Positions 32,774 to 47,124 of a DNA stretch of 64,000 bases are shown in pieces. Origin of the DNA: Laetmonice hystrix (lineage: Eukaryota); assembly GCA_965235115.1 (NCBI GenBank), contig OZ249443.1, positions 22,692,001 to 22,756,000 on the forward strand. Reading direction: 5' to 3'. Positions within the stretch are counted from its first letter, which is position 1. Every line of letters begins with the position of its first letter. The translations under genes were made by a program, and so were the position numbers. The notes under the pieces were generated by a model, which ran no database searches, had not been told where the DNA came from, and was given only the letters and a program-made list of their open reading frames with translations.

Positions 32774-35700
32774 GTAAGGCAGTTGCTTGTACAAAAATGT
32801 AGTATTTTAATCTCGTTCTTAAATCACTGGGGGGTCCATGGGTGTCAGGACCCCCCCCCCCCCGCCCCTCTTGGTGTCAATTTCTTTTCAGAGCGCTTTC
32901 TGAATTGACCATAATTATTGGGATCCCCTCTTGTCAGATATCTCCCTTTGACCCCTCCCACCTTTCCATATGCTTTAAGAAATGTCTGACCGTCCCCCTT
33001 TAAGTATAAACAAACTATTCGATCTTTGCAATTATGTTGACTAGGTGATATTTGGCGGCTAAATGTCCTTACACCGTCGGCCTTCTTATTGATGGAGCCG
33101 ACGGGAATGACCTTACGAATGCCAGGAAGGCTCAGGGTTATTACCAGCCGGGCAATGAAGGCGACCTCGAGCACTGTCAGTGAGGACTCGACTGAGCAAC
33201 ATGATTGGCCGAGCCTCACCTGGTTCGAAACAAGAGATGGGCACATTGCACTAAGCGCACGGAACTGGCACTGAGGGTGGGACTGGGAGTCTGGCCGCAT
33301 ACGGCCAGCGGTCTATCTAATCTGTCAAGTAACCTAGCCTGAACCTTGCTGGCAACGCGTTGGGGAGATTGGGGGGTGGGGGTGGGATGTTGTCAGGGCA
33401 ACAAGCGCCAAATCTCAAAGGTTCGCTTGGGTTTATGGCGCTGCAGGGACTGCTGATGGCTGCGTGGTGCAGAGCTCTTGGATTTGCTGGGCACTTTTTG
33501 TTGTGCAGTAACTGTTGACGTCTGCCTCTTGCTACGTGTTCGTACCTGTCGCAGCAATCACATCCAAAAGCCGGAATCGTTTCACTGCCTTGCGCTTTTT
33601 TTTCTGTCGGCAGTAACATGATTCGTCAACGAAGAAATGGATATGATTGGAACATCAAACAAAAGGCGGCAGCAGTGCTAAAGAAAACGGCTTTTAACTT
33701 CTTGATCTTTCGTTCCACATGTAGCCTATCAGCGTGCAAATTTAAACAGTGAAAAATCGCGCACGCTCAGAATCCGGATTTTAAAAAAAAGTCAATCAAG
33801 ACAATGTTTCACAGTTGTGGCCTTGGGGTGATCAATGTCTGATTCCATTTCTCTTGTCTAGTTGTTTATGCTGAGCATAACTACTGTAACAGACATACAC
33901 TTCCCTCCTGCTCCAGCTATATAACTGCCCCCAATTCCTACAGGGAAAAGCCATCACTCTGGGAAGTGCTGGAGTCCAGCTATCCACCGGTGCCAACGTT
34001 AACACAACAACCGTCCCATCTCCCTCCCAACACCGCCAAGACACGAGGCACAAGCCATACATCATAATTCTAATCGATATTATCACATCAGAGGGGTGGA
34101 GAGTGTGGGGGGCTGGGGGGAAACTGAAGGGTAGCTTGGCATGGCTGTGTTCAGTCGAATGTTTTTCAGATACCGTTGGGAAACGAGACGAGGGCGATCA
34201 ATGTCGGGATTTGGAGTCGTTTCGTAACGTCACTGTACAAGTAGAAGTCTAGATGTGCCGCGCCAAACGCTCCGTTTCGAGCAACAATTTCACGGCATTC
34301 GATTAGAAACAGGGGTTCAATTTGAGCATGTGGCTACTAGAATGTAATGGATGCGACGCCAGGGGGGTTTAAATCGGGTGGGGAGGTGATAAGTCTTGAT
34401 TATATACGTATCGCTATAGCGTCGCATTCAGGCTATAGCAGAGACCGTTTGATAAACGTGTTAGGAAAGTGATAATTAGAGAGTTTTCGCATCGATACGG
34501 ATAAGCCGCTTTCACATGCATACGGTGTGCGGCGTGCGGCGTGCGGTAGGTCGCACCATCAGTTGAAGGAAATATGTCACGGTGGTATCGACCGAAATCT
34601 ACAGTTTTCTGCTTACCTGCTCACCACTGACGTACTTTATGGCACTGATTGTTTTTTTCATATTGACTCTGTTACACATACTACGATTAGACAGCTGTGA
34701 AATTATCCCTACTGTAGAAAAATGAATAAAACTAGCTGCAGTGTCTGCAAAGTGCGATGAATCTGCCATTTTGGCCCCCTTTGGCTGCCGCGAATCGTTT
34801 GAACGGGTCCCATGATCACGTGACTCTCGCTGTGATTACTCGCGATGTAAACACGGGACTATAATGGCCCATCCGCCGATCGTTTGAAAAGGGTGCAAAA
34901 CACAGCCGGCTGAAAATCCCGGGGTCTCGGAATCTAAGTGGGTCATTTTCAGTGACCCCATTAAGAATTGGCGATTTTTGTACAAAATACCGGCCAAAGC
35001 TACATAAACAGGTAGGGGATCTTTGGGGCATATCGGAGAACGGCAATACAGACATATTTTTGTGAAACACGACGTATTATTTGAAATTCGTGACATATTA
35101 CCTTTAAACTAAAGAGAGGTGTTTTTATGTGGGGCACGGCCTGCTCTGCAGCTGCTGTACGTCCCAACTCCTGCGGGAGGAATCCAGTGCAAGAAACGCG
35201 AACTATCTCAGCAGAATCGATCGCAATTACATTTACCCTACGGGTAGGATGGAGAGCCAAGAGTTGAGGGGTGTTATTGGACCTATCTTCATGTCTGGAA
35301 ATGATATAACCTTTCTTTCTTCCCAGTCTGTATGGGTCATTGCAGGGTATACTTCTATTGAGAACTCCCACTTATGTATGTCCATATCGATTTTATAAGG
35401 AGGCACAGGGCAGTTTATATCCATGAACCTCACGTCTATAATTGTCTATAGCCCCTATAAACCATATGTACACTTGCATACTACATTGTGTGTTACATGC
35501 AGTTGGTATAGGCCTACATGCCAGCCAGTAGGCTGTTCAATACATGGGGGGCCTGGAGCCAAAGTTAGCCCAGCATGGCCTGAGACACGCACATGGATTG
35601 AGACAGCCAACCATGAGAGCGCCCGATTTGGTAAGCTTGAATAGTCGACCCCGGCCCACCCGGCCTAAACTGCAAAAGCCGGTTATAGATAGAATCAATA

Positions 35701-38700
35701 GTGACATCTTGATGGAAAGAATTCCATTGATTAGCAGTTCATCAATGTCTGTTCAATACGATGTCCGACTCGCCGCTAGCTAATCTATGGTTCTCAATAG
35801 CCGCTATAGTCTAGAGAAGACAGTAGCGTCTTTCCCGGTTGAACACCACCATGCCACATATAGACTTGACATGATAGACCTATAGTGAGGAGGCACTGAG
35901 TTGCACACTGGTGTCCCTTTCCCTGGTTGTGACTATGCACTGTCCCGATAGACCTTGTCCTCAATCTGTTTCTGAGTTAAAAAGACGCACCTTTTTATTT
36001 TGAAGGTACAATCCTATTGGAGGTAAAAGTGAGTGAGTGAGTGAGCGAGTGAGTGAGTGAGTAGAGGTGGGTTTACGCCGTGTCGGCATCCAGGGCCATC
36101 TTCACGACGAAAATAATGTAAAATATAAGGTGCAAATATCGTCTTAAATGTCATTTTACTCATTTCTGGATTAGTAGGTTTCCTTATTATTTTATTAGAC
36201 AACGCACAACTATTTTAGGAACTGCAAAAGCAGAAGAGCTCTGCCAAAAATGTTTTGAACATGGGTCATGTGTTTTGAACATGGGTCATGGACTCTCTAT
36301 ACATTACCTCTGGTAGGACATGCTCTATATACCGCCACAGAACATATATCGTATAGTATTGTCTACTTGGCTTTATCTTGAAAACAGTGGAAGAAAAGGC
36401 TATAGTTACTGTTAGGCATGTATAGTAGTCCTTATGCCCTTTCGTTTCGCAATATTGACAATGATGTAGCAGGACGTATTCGGTCACCCTTCCTGCCGTT
36501 AAAAGTTCAACCAGCATGTATCTTTTAAGTGCATTGTATCTTCACACCTGTTACGCCATAACTATACTCTGTGTGATGGACAGAAAGTCATAAATGTAGT
36601 TTCATTGAATTGAGATTATTTCGTCAAAGATGAGTCACCTTCCAATGCATAACGACAATTGGATATTTTCCATTGAATTAAAAATGACCCCGGGTTGTTT
36701 GGATTCTTTGGTCGTTAGTCACAGGAAAAAGATGATATTTGTATAATTTAGGGTATAGGATGAGCATCTTATATTTGATATGTTGCCTAACAGCCAGTTG
36801 GGGAACAATTCTTAAAAATTGATTGCCGATTCCCTTGGTGCAAGATGTTTTTTTTTATTATTATTACTCAAACAGGAAGTACCACCGTCATGTTCTTGTA
36901 TAAGTATCCTACCATCCATTCTGTTTACAAAATTATAACATGGTAACACTAAAGGCGGTGTTTAAAATGGTCAAATCAGAAAGTTCTATAAGAAAATAAG
37001 GAAAAAAGGGGGAGGCTGTCTTGACTTGTGACTAAGGCATAATTAATTTAAAATTAGCACTTTGTAAAATGTTCTGGGACTACAGATTTTCAGGCAAATG
37101 ATAAATGATAAAATGAACAGTAGCTTGAGTTCTTCATGTGTCAGTTCTTGTGCCAAAACTATTGAATCATTTGATATTCTAGGACCTAGGTCTCTATAGA
37201 TCTACGTGCCCACATAGACGTCTTGGCATAGCCACCGGCACCAAACCACAAGGGAATGCAGAACATTCACAGGCTCCTGCGACCCGTGAATAGCCATTTT
37301 ACTCTGCATTAGTTCGTATTGTATCGCAAAACGCGTATTTTGGATGGCAAACTGCGATGCGATATACCGTTTATTTCGAGCCTTGCTGGACTAGATGTTA
37401 TTGCTTGAAAACCTCTCCGCCTCGCCAGTTGGGTGGAGTTGAGTTGAGTCGGGTGGGTTCGTGTATAACCGGCTTTATTCGCCTTATATCACAGATCCTA
37501 TAGATACAACCCTGCTCTCCCATTGTCCTCCCCTGACCCGGTGTTTCTAAAGATGCTGACGGTGGAACGTAGCCACACAGAACCGTCATATCTGACATTT
37601 CCTGGTCAGTAACTCCCTTACACTCAGAAATGATCGAAATAGGATGTGACATTCTCTCGAGTGAATCGTCTGAGCCGAAACTGTTGGTTGCTTTGACGCG
37701 TCTCGAGACTTCTGGTTGCAGATCCAGTCCCTGGGGCTCAATGAGTCCCAGAGGACTGTCCATGTACCGTCCTGAGGACAAGGCGATAGGTAGGATTCAT
37801 ACACTATGACGACTCGCAGTTAGCGTGCCTAATCTGTACAGGCGTCAGTCCCATCAAGCAAGGATCCCCCACTCGATAAGCCCTGCATATAGATTATATT
37901 GCCGGGGACTTTGGGATCGATAAGGCGGCGTTCACGGGTGTCACCCGGATGTGGTTCAATCAGAAGAACGACGATAAATGCCTGACCCGACCGTCCCCTT
38001 CATCAAATTCTGGTATGAGTAATTTCTCACCACCACAGACTCCCGCAAAAGGAACTGGTGTTTTCTTTTTTTCCAACTCCATCGTGGCACAATCGTCCCT
38101 TTGCAATCTTTGTGCAGTCCAAGGGAGACGCATCATTGTGGCAACATCAAAACGAATCGGTGTTGTGGCCTTTTGATCGCTTTGCTTGGATAAGGTGGTG
38201 GAAAAACGGGCTTGGGGTTGGGTTAGTTGGTAAGAAAGCAAGGTCTGCTTTGGTAAAAAGATAGTAAATCACACGCCTTGGGTATGGCGTATCGGATAAC
38301 ATGAACAGTTCCACTGTAAGCGATTGCAAAACCAACACCCCGGATTGTGAATGGGATAAAGGCCAGACCTGTGCTACAAATGCTGCAAAGTTGATGGCAC
38401 AGCGGGGCCGTGGTACCACCGGCTTGCCAACGAGAGACCGAGGCATTGGGGATTTTGACAAAGAACGTGAAGTAATTTGAGAGGAATGATTCAGGAAGCC
38501 TAACAGACGATCCAGTATGTATGGTAGATATCGCGCCAAGGTCTGCAAGAGAGCCATGCAGTCAGTCAAAACGGAAGGCGTCAGTGTAGGTTTTTTTTGG
38601 TCCCTCCAACTGGCACCAAAAGCTTTATTAAAGATTTTCTAATTAGGAAGACATAGTTATTGTTGCACAGTGGAGACAACTTCGGATAGCTTCTATTGAG

Positions 38701-41700
38701 TTATGAACTCATATACATGTATTCTAATTAAAGATTTATTAGGGGTAGGATATATGTAATAATTGTTAGATATACATATCTTTCTAGAATTAAGCAGTTA
38801 TCCACTAAGATTGTCGTTTCAATATCTTGAGCGTTTCTTCGACGTTATAGTAATTAGCAGTAGATTACTGAAAAAAGTGCCTCACGGTGATCCAATTAAA
38901 CGTCTGCACATCGCTGTAAAATATGATTTGAAATCAAATGCCAGCGATGATGTACCTGAAAGGGTGGATGAAATATTCATTGCCTATAACTCGACCAGGG
39001 GTGTTGTGCATCCGAGACTGATTTAATTCGTTGGACTTTCAGTGCTGCATGGTCAATTGTCCCGTCGTCACTTAAATATTGATAGAAATGTGATTTCATA
39101 TACTCGCCCTTCGTCCTAGGCCTGTGTGTGTGTGTTGGGGTGTGTGTGTGTGGGGGGGGGGGAGGGGCACAGACCCCCCCCCCTCTCCGTGACAAGGCAA
39201 AGTTCACTTTTTGGGGGGGGGGGGGGGGAAGGTCGATATCAGATGTTCACCAACAAAAGCCTTGCCCCCTCCATCTTTTCCTCTTAAAGAAAATGTTCCT
39301 GCTTTTTTTTTTAAGAGTAACCATCTGGTGCAAGGTATTTATTATTAGCATGAGCGACTGTCCTTGTAATCTGAGTGTATCCTTGGTCTCTCAGATTACA
39401 CCTCTGCCAGGAGTATGGCTTCCTCCATCGAGCAAGTCTATATCCGGCATATGCACAGACACTTTCTGGTGCCTGGTAGAGTTTTTTGGGGGGCTGGCTG
39501 TACACAGACGCGGTATTATGACGGGTTGCTCCGCCGCATATATTCATTGTGTCCAGATGATTATTGTCAACATGACCCATGTAACGGAAATTGGTTCCAC
39601 CAATAGTCCGGGATCTTGTTACCCCCCTAACGTAATAAGCCCACTGTCTCAAGTCGGTTGGGGGTTGGGATATCGGGGGACGGGGCTGGGGGTATCCAAC
39701 GCAGTCAGTCGCAGTTCGTGTTTTATTTCCTATTCTGATTTCCAAGTGCGACCACGCATGAGGCGCAACCAACGCGACTAACGGCAGGACACGGGATAGT
39801 CTACAGCCAATAGAAATCGAGCTTACAGCAACCGGGACGTACATTAAGGCTAGACTCTTCGGTTATTTCCGTCAGTTTCCGTCATACGTCATTTTTACAA
39901 AGAGATGCGATCGATCTTCAGGGCTACATCAAACAGTGACGTAATTCTAGACAAACTCAAGCGGAAACATAAGTGCGCACGCGTGTCAGATGATGTTCAT
40001 GTGTTTTTCAACGCCCTTCGACATAATATCCTCAATATTAGCAGATGGTCAGTTTCTTTTATTCGTAATATTTCCGGGGTCGATCATGGAAAAACATTGC
40101 GGTCAAAACTCCGAGATAAGAGTGTTAAGATGTGTTTGACTGAGATACACAGTGAAAGTCAGGCTAACTATATAGGTCATCGCTTTCATAAACACAAACA
40201 CTAGACCTATAGGCCTACCTATCGCCAATAGTAAACACACTCCCCCACACCTGACAAAGGGTCAAGTCCCTTATAACTGAAAAGGGCCCGTCGTGCATGT
40301 TTGATTTTGAAAGTGCGCCCGTAAGCCCGGAAATAGATGATACCTCACCGGAAGTACATAGACCGGAACAAATTTATATATGTCTGAGTAAACGAATGTT
40401 CCAACTTTAAGTAATGCCCCCCCCCCCTTTTGCTGCTGCTGATAGACTCTAAGGTGGAGTTCTAAACCATGTCTATGACCTACGATTCCAAGTGCTCTTC
40501 AAAAGTAGCGTTCAAAAATGTCAAGGGGCTCCAGGGTCAAATATAGCCAAGTTGGGGCATGATTTTAGGCCAAGGGTGCATATCCCTTCCGGACAACAAA
40601 TCCCCGCAGTTCACCGTAGCCTCTCTCCTTCTATAAAACGATTCTTTCAAAATGATCGAATTAGGAAGTAGTCAGGTATCAGTTGTGATTAGGAACAGCG
40701 GCGGCATCAAGATTTTCAAACTGATGGGTGGGGGGGGGGGGCAAATGGAGGGCAAGCAAACAGTTTTGGGGGCAAACATTTTGCAAGCGGCCAACAGCAC
40801 GTTGGTACTGGAGGCGCAACTGAGGGGCAAGCATCATGACTGAGGGGAGGATGCCCCCTCTTCCCCCCCCCCCCTCCGCCTTGGTGCGTCCACTGATTGG
40901 GAATGCCTACTTTTACACTGGTAGACTGGCTCCCGTGTACCAATATTATATGGTGACAAACGTGCCAATGTCACAAAGTTACTTAAACCAATCAGGATTA
41001 ACGAGAACCCGGTAAGTGATGTTGGTCAGGACCAGGAGCATGTCTCTCCATACCAGACTAAGCCTCTCCAAGCGGTCATGGCCACTCCAGCACGGCAGTC
41101 GTATAGATTTATAGCTGCTATACACTGGAGGACTTTGTATTCATGAGACAGGTATGAACCTACTCAGTAAGCTGTCCTGGAGATCTATCGAGGTGAGGCG
41201 GTCTAGGAAAATCATCACCGTCGTGAAGACAAGATTAACTTTGGCCACTGGAAGGAGAACCACTCTACAGTGATCGGGAAAAACCTAGCAAGTCCACTTT
41301 GCCTCGTTTTCAGAAAAATGGGACAAACAAACCATTCCTGGCATTGAGGTGCTGCAAACGCTAGGTTTTTCCAGATCAAGAACTATGAATTGCGTAGAGT
41401 CAGGGCCAGGATTTTTTTTCGGGGGGGGGGGGGGGGAGGGCACAGGTGTATGGGTGGATGAATGGATCCATAAAGCTACCGGACATGGGCAAGGGTCACT
41501 CAGTATAGGGGGACCAGAACCCTGTTTTTGAACATTTTAGGGGGGCGGGGCCCCCTGTGCCCCCCCCCTAAATCCGCCACTGAGGGTAGGGTAGGGTATT
41601 TGGGGTTTTACGCCTTGCAACAGCCACCGCCACTGACAGTTCTGATCACTTGTATAGGACTATATGAAAGGGCAAAACCTAGTAAGTCCAAAAATGGGAC

Positions 41701-44700
41701 TAACTCAAATTGGACAAAAATTCGACTTACTAGGTTTTTCCAGATCATTGTAGCACTGCTGCTAGACGTATGGAGGCTCCGCAAAACAAGTGATCTGATA
41801 AAACACTTTTAAAAAAACAATTCAAGCAATTCTGTGAAAGGGAAAAGAGAGAATGATGGAGAACACCCTCCTCTGAGAATCACGAATAGACTGAAAAATG
41901 TCGCCATGTTTATCAATATGATTCTCTATTATAACACCGCCTGGGGGCAGGACCCAATACGGCAAGCAATCTTACTATTGACGCCAACCGGGGGCGCTTA
42001 CGTAGCACCCGTTACGGCGTCAAGGGAACAAAAAGTAGAGAGAGAAAGATACAGAGATGGGGAGAAAGATAAAGGAAGAAAGAAACTGATGAATCTGCGA
42101 TAGTGACGGCCAAATGACGAGAAGATGTCGAAGAGGTCGCTCCCAATTTTTTCCACCGTGACGTCACCGTCTGTGTGCATGCTGGGAAACAATTGCTGTA
42201 TTGATCTCCAGTTTCGTTGGGACAGGGAGCACAGAAAGGGATGAGACAATCTAGGCCCTTGGTTAGATACTCCCACTTAGGGAGGCTGGCTGTCAGACAG
42301 GATGACCCTCGTCTATAGCTGTGCCTATAGCGCCAATACCTGATACTTATCGCAGCCTCCATGTCACCGTCTCTACCATGAAGATGCGATTAATATTTGG
42401 CAAATCGATAATTTCTGACACATTTCGGATTTTATGACCTGTGTGGATATAGCCGATCAGACATCCGGTGCTGGGCAGAGTCCATGTGGACGACCTGGCT
42501 ACGTTAACGTGGCTGGGACAAGCCACCCTAATCAGGCCGACCAAGGAACTGCGGTGAAAGAACGAAACGGCCTTTAATGCTTTGCCAAAATGTACAGTAT
42601 GGCCTCGTTTTGTACGCGATTGGCGCCACCGCAACCAAATAAACATAAAAGCAGAACCAATAGTGTCAAATATAGCCTGAATCTAGCTGTTCTCTTTAGG
42701 TGTAAACTGCAGTGACAGAAAATGCCGAGCTGTGGCCCAAAAAATGGAACGCGAACATCACAATCAAAGCGAGGCTACTACATGTCAGGCCTTCCGGGCC
42801 CCCCGCGGAGTGTCTCAATTATATCGAACCAAACAACTTTGTCATATTGATCCTCACCAAGTGGTGTTCACTGCAGTGTGGAAGAGGGAGTCAGAGGTTT
42901 TATTTGGTATTGCCGGGTTTTCTGAAATACCCGTGACGAAAACCTTGTCTCATCACCCGGCTATCGTGTGATGTGCCCCACAGATCGATAATAATTTGAG
43001 ATCTGTAATCAAACGTCCCCTGATTCCTAATTAATAGGTTGGTTGAATTGGATATGCAAATGGTTTATTTTCTTTTTAGCATTTTTGGAGGAGTGTTTTT
43101 TTTACAGAGACACATGGCAGGCAGTGCTGAGCAGCGCATGCGCAAAGCTTTTGCTTGACGGCAAATCGCATGTCCTCGATTCCAGCCCCTCTCTGGTTCT
43201 CTTTGCCACGCCAAACTCTCCTATACCTTGCGGCATCATGTAGTACCAACCCGTAGCGGGGGGGTATCGGAGGATCCCGTTCAGTGGGCAGTGTCAAAAG
43301 TCATATAATAGGTCAGCCTTTTAGTGGTACTGTCTATGGTCAATTCTGCACAGGCCTTTGGAGTATCAAGTGATAATGTGCACGTGTAACCCAGTTTACC
43401 TGTTTACCGCTTTTGTTGGTTCTGGGTAGGAACAGGTTGACTAGTCTGGTCCCCTGTGCCTACCATACGCATCCGCTACGTTAGGCCCGGTGATGGCTAA
43501 CAGAAAGCTGTAAAACGGAAGTGGTTATCTCCAAGCACTTCCGCCTCGGAGCTAATCACTTCCGCCTCCGGTCCGTTTGTCAGCGTTAAAAGAGTGATTG
43601 ACTTCTGCTTGGAGCGTGGCCGGGAGTGGCCAACATGCATGTGCGTATGCAGACTGTAGCAGGTGTGGGGACCAATGACGCTATGCTTACATCCAGAAAA
43701 GCGAGGACATTTAAAGGGGCATATTATGAGGAAACGTTAAAAATCGGTATTTCATAGAACTTTTGCTGTTTTCATAAAGAGATCCTTCATTAAAATTGCT
43801 TAGTAAACAAAGCCAGACTTATCAGTTTCATTTTGCGTGAGAAATCGAAGTTTATTAAGCTCCCTTGCCCGCTTCTCTGCCGATTTCGTAAAATATTTTT
43901 TGGGTGGCATTCTGATGCCGGACGATCGCGTGCCACTGCTGAATTGTTTACAACTAAGCAAAGCACGTGACTAAGCACATGCAGAGAGTGCACACACAGG
44001 ATGTGACACAGTATACAATTACACGGGTTGATGGGGGGTTGTCCGCCAAATTATGGCGAGAGATGTGCTATCCGGAGAAATCTATAGGTTTGGTCGTATA
44101 GAACCTACTTGTGCTGCATACGCAGCGAAAACACGTCGGAGGACGAAATGCTGTGGTAGGATTATTTACTTGGATCCCTAGTTTTCGATGGACCAATCAC
44201 AACGCTTGCTTCGATTGGCCATCACCAGGCTCTATATACGTAGTGTTTAGACCGGGCACCAGGCTACAGGTTGACCAAACAGGTTATTGAATGTGAGAAA
44301 TCAGATTTTACAAGTAGCTTGATTACATCAATGGGCACTTTAAACACGGTGATCTACACACTGGCAACGAGGAAAAAAATTATTATTTTGTTCATTGATA
44401 ATTTTGTCCTTGTAGATTTCGCCCGAAAGGACGAACGCCTGGAACTGATCAACAGATCAATAGATCAACTGGTTCTCAATTGCAATCAGAGAGCGTTTTA
44501 TCCTAGTCATTCATGAATTCTTTTTTTCAATTATGCTGAATTAAACGGTTGTTCTCCATGGCTCCACCATACAACCGCCACTAACTTCTTTTCTTTCTTC
44601 TTCTTTTTTTTTTTGCCGGACGTTTTCCTGAACTCTAGACTGAACTTACCATACTCAGAATTCAGTAAGCCTTTCGAAATGGCCGACTTATTCTCCCTTC

Positions 44701-47084
44701 ATTGAAGCATGAAGACCTCCTATGTCGAGCGCTATATCGACAGCTTACCGCAGTGAAATGTGTAGAGCATCTCATGAGTGGAATCTCAGCTGTGCTGCGT
44801 CCCGAGTAGTTTGATAGTGCTATTTTTACCCTATCGTTTTACATCAAAGGTGACACTTAGTCAACCGTTAGATACGCTATAGCAATTCCTATTACGTTAT
44901 ACGCGCCTGTTGGCCTCTTCCTATAAGCCACTTCCCCTCTTATTTGATATTAAAGCAGAACTTTTGCAGGACAACCTGGGGCACGTTTGCAATTACTTAA
45001 TGACGTAATGGATATAATAAGATAAGGTAGCGGACGCTGCCTTTCATGTAGGCCGTCACGTGACCTAGCAGCGCCACCTGGTGGGCTGTAGACGCGGTAG
45101 CCTGAGGCCGATTTGTTGCCATCTCCTCAGCAATGGAATCAGTAGCTGATGTGCTTAGAAGGTGTTCCTTTGAAGCACTTATTGACCGGCTTTCCTCTAA
45201 ACTTTTTCCTTCTCATAATCACCATTACTTAAGTGTAGCCTTTTTTTGATGCACTGCCTGACTTCGCCCATCTATTGTGGTTTAGGGTCCATATATTAGT
45301 TACCAAATGTGGTTGTTTTAGGGGTGGGGGGTGGGCGGGTGACCGTGTGGATTTCATACCCTTTCGTCTAGCGTGGAGGCATACCTTATATAATATAACA
45401 AGGCCGTTCTGTTTTTCGCTTCTGTTGCCAGGCGCGCCGGAAGCAAATTATTATTTGGGGGAGGGGGGGGCAAGAGAGCTGAAGCGAAAGTCATAGGCTA
45501 CAACATGTTTAGTAAAGCAGGGTCGGAGGCCCTCCCGAGAAAATTTTGAAAACTACACACCCTAAAACGCTTTTCTACACTATTTTGAGGCAGGATTTTT
45601 TTATGTTTTAAAGGCGTGAATGAATAGATTAGAATGTAGCCCCCCCCCCTATCATTAGGACAATCGACCCAGTCTTTGACGCACCCAAGTCATGGTTTCA
45701 ACAGGCCTACTGTATGTGGAAAAACCTGCTTTTTTTCATTCATGACCACAGATTATTGAGGGGGCGATGCCCCCAACCAGATTATTGAGGGGGCGGTCCC
45801 CCCCCCCCCCACCCCGCTTCTGGCGCCTATGTCTGTTGCCGAGTTAACTCGGCTTTTGATCTACTAGCGTCTCAGGTGGCTGTGATGTGGCAGTCCATCC
45901 CCAGGTTGGCGTCTCCCGGATCGAGCCGACCGTCACTGAACGTTTAACCCTCTTACACGATCCGTCTATAGGAAGGAGCCGGGGCGATGACCAATTGAAA
46001 TAATCCGATCTTATGTCGGAGGCATTATTAGATAAAGCCATCATCCAATCGATGTCACAACGGTTATGTGATACCCTCTGTGGGCCAGCCAAAGTTGATT
46101 TTTTTCACTTTGAGGGCACTGGTTGTTAATAGCAGGTATCCATGCTAGATCAATCAATTATAGAGGAAAAAAAGTGGAGGTGGATGCCACCCTGAATTGG
46201 AACTTTCAAGGTCATTTTCAAGGTCAATCAACAAAGCAAAGGTCACCCGCTCCATTCCCCAATGCGACAGTTGTGTGGTGACCTTGACAACCTTCAAAAT
46301 GACCTTCCCCTTCAAATTTGGCGATGGCATCCACCCACATCCTTTTTCCCTCCCCACCCTGGAAAGTTCCCACATGGTTGCCAGCTATTAACATGCGATG
46401 CCGTAAAAAAAGTTTTCTAGACGATTTTTCCAGGTTTGGCTGGTCCGCTACTCAAGGTCAAATCGTCTCACGTTGTCATCTTTTTTTTAAGGCTAACCTT
46501 CGACACGCCTGTGCGGGATGTCCTGGGTGAAGATTTCTTTTTCTACGATGGGATTCGAACGAGTCAGGTGACTATGAGGGATTTATGCGCGCATAGGACT
46601 GGCGTTCCCAATAACAACAATATACGGATGCAGGACAACATGTCGCGGGAGTTATTGGCCAGGTAAGGCAGTGATGTATTAGTTCTATCTTTCTCTGGGA
46701 AGCCATGTTTAATCTAAATCTATACAGGGCCTGATCCACTGGTCCGGCCAGCCAGCCGATTTTGCTGTGGTTGGCCGTGGTGGACAAAAATCAAGAATGC
46801 ATCTCATCGAAAATATAATATCATGTATTCGTGATTTTTTATTTTACGGCATAGGGGGTTACATGTATGCATGGATCCGGACAAATAGGCCTATATACGG
46901 TATAAAACTTAACATATTTCAAAATGTCCCTCCTTTCTAAAGGCAAACTTAATTGCGAGGTTTATACAGTCTATACCGTGTCAGGAGTAGCAATATTCAG
47001 GGGCCAGATTCATCTTGTAAAGTAACATCATGATGTCGAGTTCTTCTAAAGGAACGTTTGAACCGCCGGTTTGTTTAAAATACG

Positions 47085-47124
<40 letters not shown>

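Noticed and set aside
32348-32908. Alternative-frame ORFs overlapping exon 1 (186 aa, 70 aa)
   Set aside because: Shadow frames of the GC-rich beta-lactamase-like exon; only the 32376 frame has family motifs and a phase-compatible donor.
39128-39844. Overlapping 217-aa (+) and 177-aa (-) ORFs in intron 1
   Set aside because: The plus ORF starts in GT/G-run simple repeats. Neither ORF has a recognisable motif or convincing splice signals.
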